A stretch of DNA of 58,137 bases, counting the filler, from Sphacelaria rigidula (Eukaryota), in NCBI GenBank assembly GCA_964200075.2. It is 5 parts of 5 records of this genome, joined end to end, with 100 filler letters (N's around TTAATTAATTAA, not from the genome) between each part and the next. Parts side by side here need not be neighbours in the genome. Positions count along the whole stretch, not along the records: positions 1 to 11,549 come from CAXNAA020004800.1; positions 11,650 to 23,197 come from CAXNAA020004801.1; 3 more parts are not named here. One strand, given 5' to 3'. Shown piece by piece: positions 1 through 13,223 of this stretch. How positions within the stretch are numbered: the stretch's first letter is position 1; each line of letters begins with the position of its first letter. Both the position numbers and the translations under genes were made by a program. The notes below the pieces were generated by a model. The model was not told where the DNA came from. It searched no databases and saw nothing but the letters and a program-made list of their open reading frames with translations.

Positions 1-268
1 TTTCATGGTCGCGACATCGCGCGGCGACGACATACGCAGGGTGCGTATCAGCAGGCACGGCGGGTGCGAAGAACAACAATCAACCGGCCGCCTATGGTAT
101 GCATATACACATACTCACCATCATATCCATGCTGCGGATCGTGCATACATCTTCCCCGCCTGTCGATACGTTCGCTGTGGAGCATCCACGACTACTAATG
201 GCGCGTTCCATGCCCGCAGGCGAGTCTCGTTTTCGGCTTGGTAATTACGATTCACGTAGGTATAATGT

Positions 269-1192
269 GTGCTAGGTGGTGGTACTGCATCTGGTAAAGA
301 TGATCGTGCAGAGAAATGGCTCGCGGATACCGGCACTGCATACCATGTTACGGGTAGTGTAGATGACGTTTTTGATTTACGATCCCCTCCTCAGGGCATA
401 GAAGATCTCGAGATGAGTGACGGGACCAGATTCCCAGCGAAGACAGTAGGTAGCTTGAACTTGACATTTCACATAAGATCTTTCGATGTTTCAGTCCTCC
501 CAACAGACTTCCCAATATATTCGACCGATGTCTACGTCGTAGAAGGCGTCAAGTTCAGTCTTTTCTCCCTCCATCACATGTAGGAGCGATATGACATCGT
601 TTTGAATTCGACTGAAGTGCATTTGTTCAATAGCAGATAACGATTTGACCGCAAATCGCGAATCTCATCACAGTTAGCGACGCGTCTTCCCCCCTACAAC
701 ATAGAGTTTGATCCCTCATGTACTGTAGTTTCGACTCGATCAACCACTGTAGTTTCGCCCTCCAGTGTAAGGTCAGATACACCTACTGTGGCTTCGCCAA
801 CCAGTGTACGGTCAGATACACGTACTACTGTAGAGTCAGATCCTCCTACAACTGTAGAGTCTTCACGCGCCACGGTAGAATCCTCACCGGCAGCTGCCCG
901 GACTGTTTGCGATGAATCTGATTCCCGGAATTCTACCGTAGAATTTTCCCCGACGCATCATGCGCCCAGTGTTCCTGTAGCGTCTTGTAGTCAGTCCCCG
1001 AGTGAGGAAAGATATAGTTTTTATTCTCCCCCCAGTGTTGGCTCACGCCATTATTCCGCCGAAGGCGTTTTGTCTCCCTCCCTCGGTTTCTTTGTCCAGT
1101 CCGCCTCCGCTTCATGTGGAAGTATATGCAATAGCAGAGCAAGTCATACCCCAAAGAAGGGATTTGACAAGCTGATCCTGTGTTCGGCTCGT
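269..1192 (+). mobile_element. Degenerate Ty1/Copia retrotransposon remnant (protease region plus downstream Ser/Thr/Pro-rich spacer)
   Basis: ORF 269..583 has EKWLADTGTAYHVTG...LEMSDGTRFPAKTVGSLNL, matching the Copia protease motif W-x-x-D-[ST]-G-[AT]-x-x-H and the following beta-strand pattern. The frame is then broken by stops. Short imperfect ACTGTAG/GTCAGAT repeats lie at about 720-880. Confidence 0.7.
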
Positions 1193-1517
1193 TAAACCAA
1201 GCTGCAGGTTTTCAATCTCAACACAACAATGCAAGCTGTTTGGGGAAAACACAGCCCAAGCCTGACGATGATTACAATCGGCGGATAAGGTGAAGGGAGG
1301 AGGACAATATTACAACGCAGCTTCACAGACTCACGTCGGTTGGCTGTGGACTTGAAGGTCGAGTAGAACAGGAGAGATCGATGGGGTAGGTGACGATTGA
1401 AAGCTCTCCTTATATCCAAAAAGTGCCTGTAGGTCGGTCTATGGGGCAAGTGAGACTCGGTGGGGAAGAGGTTCTTCACAAAACCTCCTAGCCACGCGTG
1501 CAACACTGTCATATTAC
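1192..1517 (-). repeat. Probable 3' LTR of the Gypsy element
   Basis: On the minus strand it starts TGTAATATGACAG and runs to the junction with the Copia remnant. The partner LTR is not in the contig, so the boundaries are inferred. Confidence 0.35.
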
Positions 1518-4239
1518 AAAATCATCCCGGCGTGTGCCTCCAACCAATCAAGCGTTGGCACGCGTGTCCCCCATATGACTAATCCGGCACAGGGTATGTC
1601 CAAACACAAACTCATGAAAACGCCAAATCAGCCATGCCACTCGTCCAGTTTCTACTTTACACAAGTACACTCTCGACTAGGATCTCCTCATACCCGCCGA
1701 TCATTTGTGAAACGATCATGATATCCCACTGTGCTAGTTTAATTCTCGCACGCGGTCATATACCATCGCAATAGCTTACCCTGGATCGTTCAAGTGGAAT
1801 TCCTTTTCAGAAGGGACGAACTTGCATCGAGCTACACCACTCCCACACTACAGAAAACTGAGACTCATTCCAAATATGAAGTATTCTTCGGTTCGGGCAG
1901 CGATAAGGTACGACCAACACACAAAACAAAAGAAAAAAACAAACACAAAACACAAAAAACAAAGCAAAAGAAAAAAAACCGAACCGATACAAAAATAAAG
2001 TGTCCTCAAATTTCGTATCTCAGGGGGAATCATGGGAAACCAAAAATTAACATGAGAAAAAATCAAACCGATATAATCCAAAATGCAGTGTCCTCGAAGT
2101 GCCTTGAGAATTTTCGGGATAGTCACAGGAAATCAGAGGCCCATCATTGAAACGATCATCATACACTGCCATTACTGTACAATGAATACAATATTTCACT
2201 CTTTTCAGGATGTCCGATTTGTTTTAGTTTTTTATATAGAAAAAGAAGCAAGCCCGCCAAGGCATTATATCACTTGAAAAACATTTTCATGCTAGTCACT
2301 CGTCCCAGTCAATCAGCAAAAGTCAACAACGTACGGCCGATTTCGTCGCAGAAAAAGTGGTGTCCCGCGAAAACCATACGTTGAAAAAAAACGAAATACG
2401 CATGATCCGGACAAATCAAGCCGGTTGTCGTGAGTTAATTGTCGGTACATGTCTGTGAAAGCAACGACTTGCTCGGGACGTCTGGGTGATGATCCAGTCG
2501 TACATTTGTTTTTGTTCTCACACGACGAGATACGAAACCGACCGGCCGGTTTGTGAGGTGGGGTATGCGTACACGTCAAGAGAAAGGTAATTGAGCCAAT
2601 ACACAACCATCAGAGTTACTACGTAGTTCCGAGGCGGATCGCCCAACACATTATTTCTGAACTACGACAAATACACGGGAGGGAGAGGGCCAACGCAGTC
2701 CACCCCTCACGGTATTTGTCCGCTCGGACTAAACCGACACTGGCTCGAACACAAACTGGAGTAAAAAACCACAGCCGGTCGTATCGTCACGTTTCTTCGT
2801 CCAATAACTTCTGATAGAAAGGAAACACCATCGACCGATTTCATGGGCGGGTAACCGTATGCAAAAAAACTGGTGTAAGCAGCGACAAGAAAATAGCGAG
2901 TGGCGGACTCTGAGTCTGTAGGCTGTACCAGTGGTCGAATATCGACATGGCGGAACGGTCTGTTCCGGAAGAACAACCTATCCTATCATGATACGTAATG
3001 GTCCTGTATGAGGAGACGTTTGCAACCAAGCATTCCACTACTTCAATGACAATTCCTCAACATCATTACGTACGACGTGGTCAGTGGTGACCACGTTGTA
3101 TTTACCAATCACCAAAGTATAATTCACCCGTTGCGTCGCATACACGTGACCGTTCTTATAAACGAGGTCGGTCGCACGTGTGCAGGACTCGCAAGAAAAG
3201 TAGGCCAAGTGATTTAGACTCGAGGGTCAGGAACGTTGGAACACTGTGTTGTCGTCCCATTTATTGAACACTGATGGCGATTTTCCCGACATAGATGCAA
3301 TAACCAAAACCAAACCAAATACAAAACTAGGGGTACGCTTGGCAACAGCGAAAACAAAATAACAGAAACAGGAAGCAGAAACATAATACGTGGCGACCGT
3401 CCCTGTAAACGGAAGCGGTTATCGCGTGTACGAAGCAAGTAGGGTCAAGTGTTTCAGGTAAGAAGGTCTTAACTTTTCGGACTCTCGGCTTCATTTACTA
3501 TCGCCCATGATAACATAAAACCCAACGTGGAACGCACACAAAAAGAAGACACGTCACGACCGATCCCGAAGAGGGAGGCGGGTACGCGTACGGCGCGATT
3601 GAACAAGAGCGCAAATATTCTAGACGGGGGGTCAAGTATGTCTAGCGCTCGCTCCGGTAACTCTCGACCAAAGACAAACAAAAAAAGAGAAACAGCATAA
3701 TAAACAAAACAAGACAAAAGGTGCATACAACGAAGAAAAAAAAGAAAACAACTCATGGAAACTGTTCCAGAATATAGGATCTTCGCCAGTATACGGCCCT
3801 GGGGACGAAGGTTCAAGTGTTCCAGACTCGGGGTCAGGAAAGTTTGTGGAACGGTCGTCACGTGACGGTCGTCACGTAATACTTTGCCATGTGAGCCCAG
3901 AAAAAACATATATATATATATATATACATCAAACACAAAAATAAAAAACGAAACGAGACGAAAAGAAAAAAAAAATAGGAAGAGAAAACAACACGATACG
4001 AAACAAGGAACACAACACGAAGGCAGTGTCCAAAGCCAAAAAACGACAAGAAACAAATGCAAAATACAAAATACCAGATAGAAAATACAATCACTACAAG
4101 GATGGGGCTACAGCAGTACGGAAAAAAAAGGAAAAGGAGGGGGGGGAAACGGTTTTCCAACGACGCTACGGCGCAAGACAAGCGACTCGAAGATGGTACA
4201 CTACGCAAGGTGAATGGGGAAGCAGACTTGGATGCTGCA

Positions 4240-5193
4240 TCATGAGTCTTCTGCATCCCAAGCGGTGTCCGTGTTGCGTAGAACGGCTGTGTCGAGATTG
4301 CCTTGGTCATGTGGTTGGAGGAACCAGGATCCCCGGCGGGCGGTCGGCACCTCGGTGTAGTAGGGATCGTCCAAGCGAATCTTAAGGGGGCTCGGGTCAT
4401 CGAGGGAACGGATAAAGCAGGAGTCGTCAGATGCAGGGTCGGCCAAATAAATCCTACCCAACCACCACAGTGAATCCAAAGCCTTATACAAAAAATACGC
4501 CCCCTTCGGCAATCGTTGTCCGTGAAAAGACTACATGTTGTATTGTGAACGCAAAAGAAGGCTATATTCTGATACGACAAACTGAGCTGAGTGTTCACGT
4601 GCCAGTTCCCGAGCGGCAGCTCCCTTGCGCGTCGGCCTATATATCTTATTCAACGGGCGGTGTTGGGCGGCATCTCGTACCCAGTACCGGAATATCTCCC
4701 GACGAAAATGACGCAAGTCAACTTCACGCTCCCATGTAACACGCATGATACCCTTCCAATGTGCTTGATACATTACCGCTATCTTACCACCACGGCCGCG
4801 GACCAGTGGATGACCCGAGATCCTATCTACCGCAACGCGTTCCAGGGGTGCGTCCGCATCCTCGATCGTCATATGATACGGCGGAGTTTTGATCGCATAC
4901 TTGGTCAACACATACTGACTAAGCCCCAGCGGCAGTTGTTTGGGCATGTCCGAGGAGTCATGAGGAGGGATACACGGTTTGCATCGTAGCATCGAGAAGA
5001 GATTTTTCGGTTTCAAACCAGGTTCACCCGTGGGAAAATCTAAATACAAAAGTTTCGCTCCCACCGGACTTTTATCGGGTGCGGTAGCGCTTGGACCGAC
5101 AGCCAAAATTTCCCAAGGACCAGTCCAATTCAAGGAAAGTTTCGCCTTCAACACTTTTGTCCAAAGAGGATGTTTTTGAGCTAGCCCCTTCAT
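4240..5193 (-). pseudogene. Integrase C-terminus: GPY/F-like motif, chromodomain and an additional WW-containing domain
   Basis: KLSLNWTGPWEIL (GPY/F module); AVDRISGHPLVRGRGGKIAVMYQAHWKGIMRVTWERE (chromodomain pattern); then PKGAYFLYKALDSLWWLGRI...FIRSLDD...GSWFLQPH in the next frame. Confidence 0.75.
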
Positions 5194-5202
5194 TGATGAT
5201 CT

Positions 5203-6200
5203 TTACATCGTTATATACCCATGCCCATTGGCCTCCCTTCCACACCGGGCGGTTATGTACCACATCATCCAACACCGAGTTAGCCCTGGCCGCCTTGGCC
5301 AAATTGATTTGATTCTGTTCTCGTACCACTTCATATGCAAGAGAAGACGATTGCGAACCGACAAATGATACTCTACAACATCATGTTCCAAACTCTGATG
5401 TCCGCCTGTATTTTTGCGTTCGAATACCGCTAAAGTTAACCTAGGCATGCGACCAACATGAATTTCATTCGGTGACAATCCCGTAGCGGCATTGACTGAA
5501 TTGTTACAGTTCATTTGGACAAGGGGCAGATGCAGATCCCAGTCCATCTGTCTCTCATTCGCCACAGCAGCAAGCATCTGTGCCATGGCATGGTACACTC
5601 GTTCCGTTACACCATTGGTGGAAGGGTGATACTAACAAGTAAAGATGCGATGGGCATCCAAAAGGTCACTGACTGCGGCCGAAAGTTTGCCTGGAAAATG
5701 CGGGTCGTTGTCAGAGAGTAATCGTTTGGGTACACCCCACTGTGGGATGTACATGTAGACAAGAATGTTGGCGGTACCTTCCGCGTAATAGCTACTGGCA
5801 GAGACAGCGTGCATCACCGCACGTCGACTAAATCTATCTGTCAACAACAACATATATATTATACTTACTACCACTATCCGTTAGGGGCAACGGACCAAAA
5901 TTGTCCCACGAAACTACTTCACCAGGCCCGTTTGGGAGTGGCATGGAAACAATCGGCCAACGAAGTGTTTGACGTGAAGTCTTGCGCGCTTGACACAAGA
6001 GACAACGCCGAACCCACCAACGAGAACCCTGGTCCACACAAATCCACCAATAAAAACGTACCAACATCTGGGAGGTCCTAATGGCGCCCAAATGAGCCGA
6101 TGCCTGTGAATGGCATTCGTGTAGAACCCATGGGCGCAGGAGCATCGGGACATACATGCGGATGGGTTCATCACCTAGCAAGCGGGCATGTCGACTTGTA
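5203..6200 (-). pseudogene. Gypsy integrase (HHCC zinc finger plus DDE core, frameshifted)
   Basis: VLHECHSQASAHLG...FYWW...VRRCLLCQARK (HHCC); VSWDNFGPLP; YIPQWGVPKRLLSDND; WDLHLPLVQMNCNNSVNAATGLSPNEIHVGR. Confidence 0.92.
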
Positions 6201-7168
6201 GGCTTCCCCCCGGGGAGGGCCGCTGTAGGCCGGCGAACTGAAAGAACTACATCATCATCATCCGTATGCAGCATACCTTTCCGCGACAGTTCAATAACTT
6301 TATCCTGTGTGGGGGCTTTGAGGTTCCCGACGGTCAAAAAGAATTCGGTTTCTGAGAATGGACATGGGCAACCTCTGGATAGATAATGGATAGCTGATTT
6401 ACAAGCAGGTTCTGCTTGTTGTTCCCGGGCCCAATCGGCGTGGGAGAAGAGGGTCAAACGTTCCTTGAATACGCCATCTATTGAAGCGTGTACTTCGCGT
6501 TGGGTCGGGTCGGGATGGGGGTGACACGAAGCGGTGATGTTGGAATCAAGGGTAAGCTTACCAGGTGGTGTATGCTCAGGCGGAACGGTGAGGTCGACTC
6601 CTGCGTCGATTGGCGTGGTGGGTGTTGTGGTGGTGTTGTTAATATCGTTACCAAGGGAGGGGTGCATGGCCGTGGTTTCGGCTATGGATGGCAAGGGCGC
6701 CACCGTCGGCGTCGATTTTCTGGGGGCCTTGCGTCGTGGAGATTGAGGAGGCGCAGGGCAACTATCGGGCACCGGGGTGGGGGCAGGGAGGGGAAGGTCA
6801 GGACAGGATACGGCTAATTTGGTGGCCGTGTCGGCGGTCCGCCGTCCACGAGTCCTACTCGAAATCAAATCTCGAACTTGAACCGGTAAGACGGAGTCAG
6901 CAAAGGACGGTTCTACATCTGTTGCAAAAACCATGCGTTGCCCAATTGCACGAAAATGATCATAGCCAACAGTATTCGTAGACAGTCCATTCTAAACTGA
7001 GTACAGCGATTGAGGTTGCAAGCTGCCCAGAAGTGATGCGTGGGCTGTGGTCGTCAGCCCATCCATGCCTAAAGCCGGCGTTTTTATTAGTGAAAGTGGT
7101 ATGTAGAGACCTCTATGTCCATTCCTGCTTATGAAATATACAATGTCTTCGATGGGATCGGTGAAACG

Positions 7169-7646
7169 TCACATGGGGGATTCATCGATAGGTTGAGTCG
7201 GTGTGGGCAAGCGTGACAGAAAGTCGGCGTTTGCATTTTGCGGGCCTGTGCGATATTTCAACTGGAAGTTGAAAGACGACAGGATCTTGAACCAGCGTTG
7301 TACCCTCCTAGCGTTATGTTCCGCCATTTTGGCGAGGGTTTCTAAGGACTTATGATCCGTATAAATCACAAACGGGATGTCATACAAATACTGTCGCAGA
7401 CGTCGCACGCCCCAAACAACTACGCCGGTCTCTTGTTCCATGACATACCAATTCTATTCATTTGGAAAAGTGGTGCGACTCAGATATACAATGGGACGAA
7501 CAGTAGCATCGTCTTGCTCCTGTTCTAATGTGCAGCCAAACGCATTTTTTTGGAAGAATCTGTGTGGAGACCGAAAGGGCAGGAACCATGTTCCGCTGCC
7601 GACCAGTCGGGGAAGACGAGAATCGGCGGGTGCGGAAGGGTGTCAA
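7169..7646 (-). pseudogene. Gypsy RNase H (fragmented)
   Basis: EQETGVVVWGVRRLRQYLYDIPFVIYTDHKSL...RVQRW...FNFQLKYRTGPQNANADFLSRLP, the conserved TDH and N-x-x-AD-x-LSR motifs. Confidence 0.92.
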
Positions 7647-8506
7647 GAAAACGGTGGACGTTTTTTTTCCATTCCCGATATAAGCACAGATTTCACCCGT
7701 TTTTTGTGGAGGGTTGTGAGGGGTTCGATCGTTTGGGTAAGGTTTGGCAAGTATTGTCTGTAGTAACTTAGAACTCCCAACAGGGAACGCAGTTGAGAAT
7801 TTTCCCGTGGCATGGGCATATCGGCGAGTGCGGCGACCTTGTTGAGGTTTGGTCTACGACCTTCGGGGGTGATGCAATGAAACAAGAACTCAATCTTCGT
7901 GGCGCCAATGGTGGATTTGGAGGGGGCGAGTTTCAAGTTGTGTTGTTTAAACCGACCAAAGAATGATGCCAATTGTTCGACGTGTTCGGTCGGTGTGCAG
8001 TCGTGGCACACCGTATCATCAATGTACATATGGTATTTGGGCAATCCATCAGTCACACGGAACATAGCACGTTGAAACGTACCTGTGGCTCCGGCGCCAC
8101 CTTGTGGTGTAACCAGCCACTCGTATAAACCTGATGGCGTGCAAAACGCCGTCAGTTCTATGGTATTCGGTTCCATCACGAGTTGATGGTAGCCGGATTG
8201 CGTGTCAAAGTTCGAAAATACCTTACCCCCACCAAGAGAGTCAAAAACTTCATCAATCCGTGGAAGAGGTAGCCTGGCGATTTTGGTGACAGCGTTCAAT
8301 CGTTGATAATTTACCGTCAGTCTGATTTTGCCATTCTTCTTGCGGACGGCTACAAAAGGCGAGGCCCCCGGAGACGTCGAGTGCCGACTTAAAGCGGCGG
8401 ATAAGTAACCATCGAGAATTACTTGGATCTTACATGCTAAGAGGGGGTTCGTACGGAACGGACGCATGGCGATAGGTGGAGTGCCATCAGGGATTTTGAT
8501 CTTCAA
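7643..8506 (-). pseudogene. Gypsy reverse transcriptase
   Basis: Motifs SPGASPFVAVRKKNGKIRLTVNYQRLN, PLPRIDEVFDSLGGGKVFSNFDTQSGYHQ, TAFCTPSGLYEW-x-x-TPQG, YIDD and LRSLLGVLSYYRQY. Confidence 0.95.
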
Positions 8507-9280
8507 CGGTGTCGTGGTACATCGACCTAAATCTAAGGGTGCAGTAGAAAACCGTCCAGAATATCAAATCAAGATGGATCTCAATCTATCGATTACAGTG
8601 GGTATCCAGCCATCGCTGGATAGATCGAAAACAATATTCCGCAAATGGGGGAGACCATCCCACAATTTTTTCAAAACCGATGCGTTGTTCTGGGGAAAAT
8701 CTGTTCAGTAATGCAGTTGAGGGGTCAGGTTCATGCGCATCTGGTGGGTTTGTCACCACCATAGGGTCAGGAATGTGTAGCGGATGGGGCCCATAGTTTT
8801 CGGGGGGTCGGTTGACAAGTTGTTGTCCGCAGGAGGGCACACATATGACAGGGCAGTTCGTAGCAGAGGCACTTGAACATGACCCAACAACTATCCACTG
8901 AGTATATCGAAACATGCAGGGGACGTGAGGTAAATGGCCTGCCGACCTTCATGAGCAACTACTTCGGTCTGTTCAAACGGACCAACCTGTGATTGGTCAG
9001 GATTGAGCAATTCGACCAAATAATGTCCTGTGAGGGCGAGCGATCCATTGCGTCTCACGAGGTTCACATGGATAAGTTGGGGTTCACGAGAAAGCGAGGC
9101 TATAGGTTCATCAACATAGCACAGACGAAAAGTATTACCTGTTTGCGTGGGGTCATCCTCGTAGGCATGAGCCCCCGAATCAGTGTCGAAGTGACCCGGT
9201 GACACTTTGCCTGTGACTAGACGATTCGGGACAGGTGTGTCCGAGGTATACGCGTGTGTGGAAAAACGAAGCCAACAATC

Positions 9281-9600
9281 TCAACCCAACAAAACATCAA
9301 AATACATGAAGTCGTCGGGCACAATTAGTGCCCATACGGATAACCGAGCAGTGGGAATAGTATCCTGGAATAATTGTACACTGAGTCTCACCGATTGATT
9401 AACCGTGAGAGATGTCCAAACCCGCAAAAAACACGAGGGTGTACGGTGGAAAAAAAATGCTCGCACGCCGCACCCGCGTTGATCATCCGTTGCCAGCAGC
9501 TGGCTGTAATGGACGTTTGAGGCGAACCCGAGTCTGGGAGTGCAAGAGCTATCAAATGACAGTTTGCACGTGCTCCACTATGTAAACCTACCTTGGTCGC
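9281..9600 (-). pseudogene. Gypsy aspartic protease region (frameshifted)
   Basis: ALALPDSGSPQTSI (D-S-G active-site motif) continues in another frame to VWALIVPDDFMYFDVLLG (the typical D-x-L-L-G end motif). Confidence 0.8.
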
Positions 9601-11549
9601 GAAAGAAGCATCATCCATAGTTGCGGTACCACTGACGAGATCGGGCCTGAATTCGGGTAAGACATCTGACACATCCTGCTTTGCGTTTTGAACGTAGGTG
9701 CTAAAATATACACGTTGATGATCCTGTGGGACAAGCTTTTGGTCGGAAGGATGGTGCGTGCACAGAGTGTCAGTGCTTGGGCCTGAAAAAATTGTCTCAT
9801 TAGTCGAGGGTTGAATCTCATATATTGCAACGGAGGGGCGATGCCGGGGAAGGGCAGTTGTCGTGGTTGGACCCGACAACTGGTTTGTGCGTGGTGTTTC
9901 ACCCTTATTGGCCAACAGGGGGGGCGGGTCGTCATTGTGCACAGCGGAATCAGTTACATTATCTAGCTCGGTCAGAACGGGGGACGATTCATCGGGGTGC
10001 GGTGTTGAGTTTGATACGCCAATCAACTCAATACGGTCACTAGTCAGGGCCAACTTGGGCGGTTTTGGAGACGATTCGTCGGGACGCGGGAGCGATAGAG
10101 CTGTGCTGTTCAACCCGGCGTTTATAATAGGGGTCAACATGGGCGACTTAGGAGACGAGTCGTCTTGCGTAACGAACACACGGTTGGGGTGCCTTCGTGA
10201 CTAAGATGCGAACGTCCATGATTCGGCGAAGTCTCGTTCCCTACAGACTGCGACGCTTCATCGGAAATGAGTTCTAACACAGTGCACGAGGGGTGGTCAG
10301 GGAGCAGTTACGGTCTGTTCGAAATCTGGGGAGTACTGGCCTGTTTCACTCTAAGGTTTTCATCTGTTTGAGCCCACACGCAATCTCTTCTTCAGAGTTC
10401 ACGTGCGCTTTCTACTTCAGGGTTGTCTACATGATCATCTGGAGGAGCCCGCCTAGGGTGACGCGTATAGCGCACGAAAGAGTCGGCTGCTCCAGAGGCT
10501 ACTGAAATGAGTTCTCGGACAGTCGAACTTAGGTCACGCTCTTGGCGCACCACCTGAGTCGTTGTCGCTTGGGGTTCCATTCCAACCCGCTGAGCGACGG
10601 AAATCATGGCTTCTTTGCGGTTGCGACCCTTCAAGGAATTATTACGCTTATCAAATAAAAGAGAACCGGGTACCGTAATTTTTGCGGGACAAGGTAGGGT
10701 GGTTAGCCGGGTTCTCGAGCAGCTGGGGGGTGCTTGAGTGCGTGGCTTTGAATTTGGTATCCTCCGATGAACGGTCGAAGAGGCAGCGTCTACCGTACCA
10801 GAAGATATTTCGGCTCCGGGTGGGTTCGAAACTGCACGACATGACGTCCTCTTCCCCGAAGAGGAGGGATTTGATTGGCTATGATTAGTAACCGGGTGAT
10901 CAAATCCAGGATTAGGACGTTGGGGTTGGTCACTGCTCAATTGATAGTCATGCAATGGTGCACGGGCTTTAACTGTCTTGGAACTCATCAAGGCAGTGTC
11001 AGAATATCCAGGGAGTCCACACCACATGGTTGAACCATCGGTGGCCGCCGTTGATTCACGTGTGTGATGTATGTGACCTGGCCGAGCGAAAGAAAATTGT
11101 TGGATACTCCTGCGGTGAGTAACCGGCGAACGTTGAGTCCTGATTGTGGAATTGTGCTGACGATTGGGGAACGAACGGTCATCAGAGGTAGAACATGTAC
11201 GGGCAGGTGGTGGCGCCCAATTTTGAGGTGCAGTCCCTCGCCCTGTGTTACCCCAGTGTCTGCTGTTCGGAAACGCCGGAGTGTTATAAACGTTTCCAGA
11301 AAATGGTCAAGTTGTACGATGAACATCTGGGTTAGGTGGGTGGGAGTCTTCCTGGCGGGGTTCACCCGTTGGGCTAGGTGCAAGCATCAGTGGGCGTCGT
11401 CCATCTTGTGATTGTATCTGGCCGCGCGATTGAGAGGTAGCCGGGTCAGACTGTGTGAGACATGGCGCAGCGTCAGCGGGCGAGTCATCCTACGATAGGG
11501 GGAGGGGTATTTGGTTGCACGAAAAAAGAGGCTCATAAGTGTGTCAGAC

Positions 11550-11649
11550 NNNNNNNNNNNNNNNNNNNNNNNNNNNNNNNNNNNNNNNNNNNNTTAATTA
11601 ATTAANNNNNNNNNNNNNNNNNNNNNNNNNNNNNNNNNNNNNNNNNNNN
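11550..11649. other. Artificial 100-bp contig spacer (N run / TTAATTAATTAA / N run)
   Basis: N runs flank a six-frame stop linker. The same spacer recurs four times in the window. Confidence 0.98.
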
Positions 11650-11948
11650 CCCCCCTCAAGCTGCGTTGCGGGAGTGCATAATATGACAAAATTCGAAAGC
11701 AACTGCACAAAATGTAACGTGTGGTCCATCCCGGCATGATCACATCAGGGATCTCCCGAGCTTCCTGTCCTCGCTCCTTGCAAGCCGCTCCAGTGAAGCT
11801 CCAAATTCTGCCTCCAATCGATCATGCCGGGAACCACACCCCACATCTTTTTTCACGATGTCCTCACATTCCAGGCCCGATGCAGCAGTTTACACCACCT
11901 ACGCATTTTATGGATCAGGGAGGTTGTCGTGTTACATGGAAAACTCAC

Positions 11949-12224
11949 CAAGCCGACGCAGCCGTGGACGAACTCCAGTGTCGACACTAGCTGGAGCACG
12001 ACGATTATGTCAACCGCGTCATTCACCGCATCTTCGATCCTGCCCCCTTCGACGAACGCTCCGCCAATCTTCTGTATCGCCACGTTCCAGCCTAGGGCAC
12101 AGGCCAGGTTGTACGCGAGTAAATAAACCTGTGCCGGAGAAATATCTGGCGCCTCCCACTGGGTCGCTTTCTGATTTCCGGCCGCGGGAGTCGCCAGTGG
12201 CTTGACAGCAGCACCATCTTTCAT
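11949..12224 (-). CDS. HACD: Very-long-chain (3R)-3-hydroxyacyl-CoA dehydratase (PTPLA/PHS1/PAS2 family), first coding exon; the rest lies beyond the contig end
   Basis: YLLAYNLACALGW...LQLVSTLEFVHGCVGL matches the family N-terminal Y-L-x-x-Y-N...GW and Q...LE-x-x-H-x-x-x-G-L motifs. The exon is 276 nt and ends at a GTGAGT donor (minus strand, 11948). Confidence 0.85.
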
Positions 12225-12427
12225 GATGTAGCAGGTTGTGAAACCCGTACTGCGTATTGCACAGCGCGCTCAGCCTAGCACTGCTCCTGTCTGTCGGGCC
12301 AGATGATTGCGTTTTTTGACGAAACAAAAACCACAGCGAACTTTATGCTATAATAATATGTATAGCTATCTTGTAGTCCAGCTATCTATCGACCGTCAGC
12401 ATCAGAACGCAGGTACCTTACAGCACC

Positions 12428-13223
12428 AAGGCACGGAGGTTCATGGGTACTGGTCGTTGAAAAATAATTAAACTCAAACCAACTATTTTCTCGTTGTTTT
12501 CCATGGTTCTCGAGCGGTTCCAGCGCCGGGGGTTCGGTGTTTGTGGACACACGTGCTCTACTCAAGCCCCATCTACCTCAGAAAGGTCAACAAGTTTGAG
12601 TTGTTTGTCTGTTCTTTATGCCCAGGCCTGGTCGGGGCTTCACAGCATATCGGCGAATATTTTCACTAGCACCATATGTCATCATGAAGCAAACTTACGG
12701 TACACAATCGAAAGGGGGCGGTGCTCTAGAACACGGGGCCGCACACGCAAGAGATATACATTTTCACGTTAGCTGTTCGATGTTTGATGCATATCATGAT
12801 ATACGTCGTGCTTGGTCGTCTTCGCCATTGCACTCAGTGCATATCTAAATCCTCATCATTTCTGTTGCGGCACCGACTGTATCTTTTACCGCAAGATGCG
12901 CCAACCCTGACCAGGCTCTGGGCATCGTATGAGTACCGTCTATACGGCACCGATCAACTCGGCCAATCCAGAACAAAAGCATGACGGCCAACAATAGGGA
13001 GCGAGAAGCATTGATACTGAGTTAGTCCTTTTCTCGGGGTCATGCAGTCCGGGAGCATGAAACAGCGCACAAAGGCAGCACCGTCTTCTCTCATGCCCGG
13101 CCTCTATCCACGTGAAGGATATACAGGAGGCTTGATGGAGACTGTAACGCCAACCCTGGCCACCGCAACCATACCGCAGGAACGACAAGGCTCATAGCGA
13201 ACGTTTGGTACACCAACCCGTAT
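12428..13223 (+). repeat. Dispersed repeat, a diverged copy of 51670..52483
   Basis: Collinear shared blocks, e.g. TCGTTGTTTTCCATG, GCACACGCAAGA, TTTACCGCAAGATGCG, CAATCCAGAACAAAA and GTACACCAACCCGTAT. Confidence 0.85.

Larger units (their letters stand above)
1192..11549 (-). mobile_element. Ty3/Gypsy (chromodomain-bearing) LTR retrotransposon, decayed and 5'-truncated by the contig end
   Basis: Minus-strand domain order protease - RT - RNase H - integrase - chromodomain is diagnostic of Gypsy. It is split over many frames by frameshifts and stops. A long A-rich non-coding 3' region lies at about 1520-4200. Confidence 0.92.

Noticed and set aside
1794..4245. Lys-rich and Phe-rich ORFs (possible env-like or accessory gene of the Gypsy element)
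   Set aside because: They arise from A-rich low-complexity non-coding sequence and show no recognisable domain.
11594..11605. TTAATTAATTAA recurring at about 11.65-kb periodicity
   Set aside because: It is an assembly linker inside N runs, not biological sequence.
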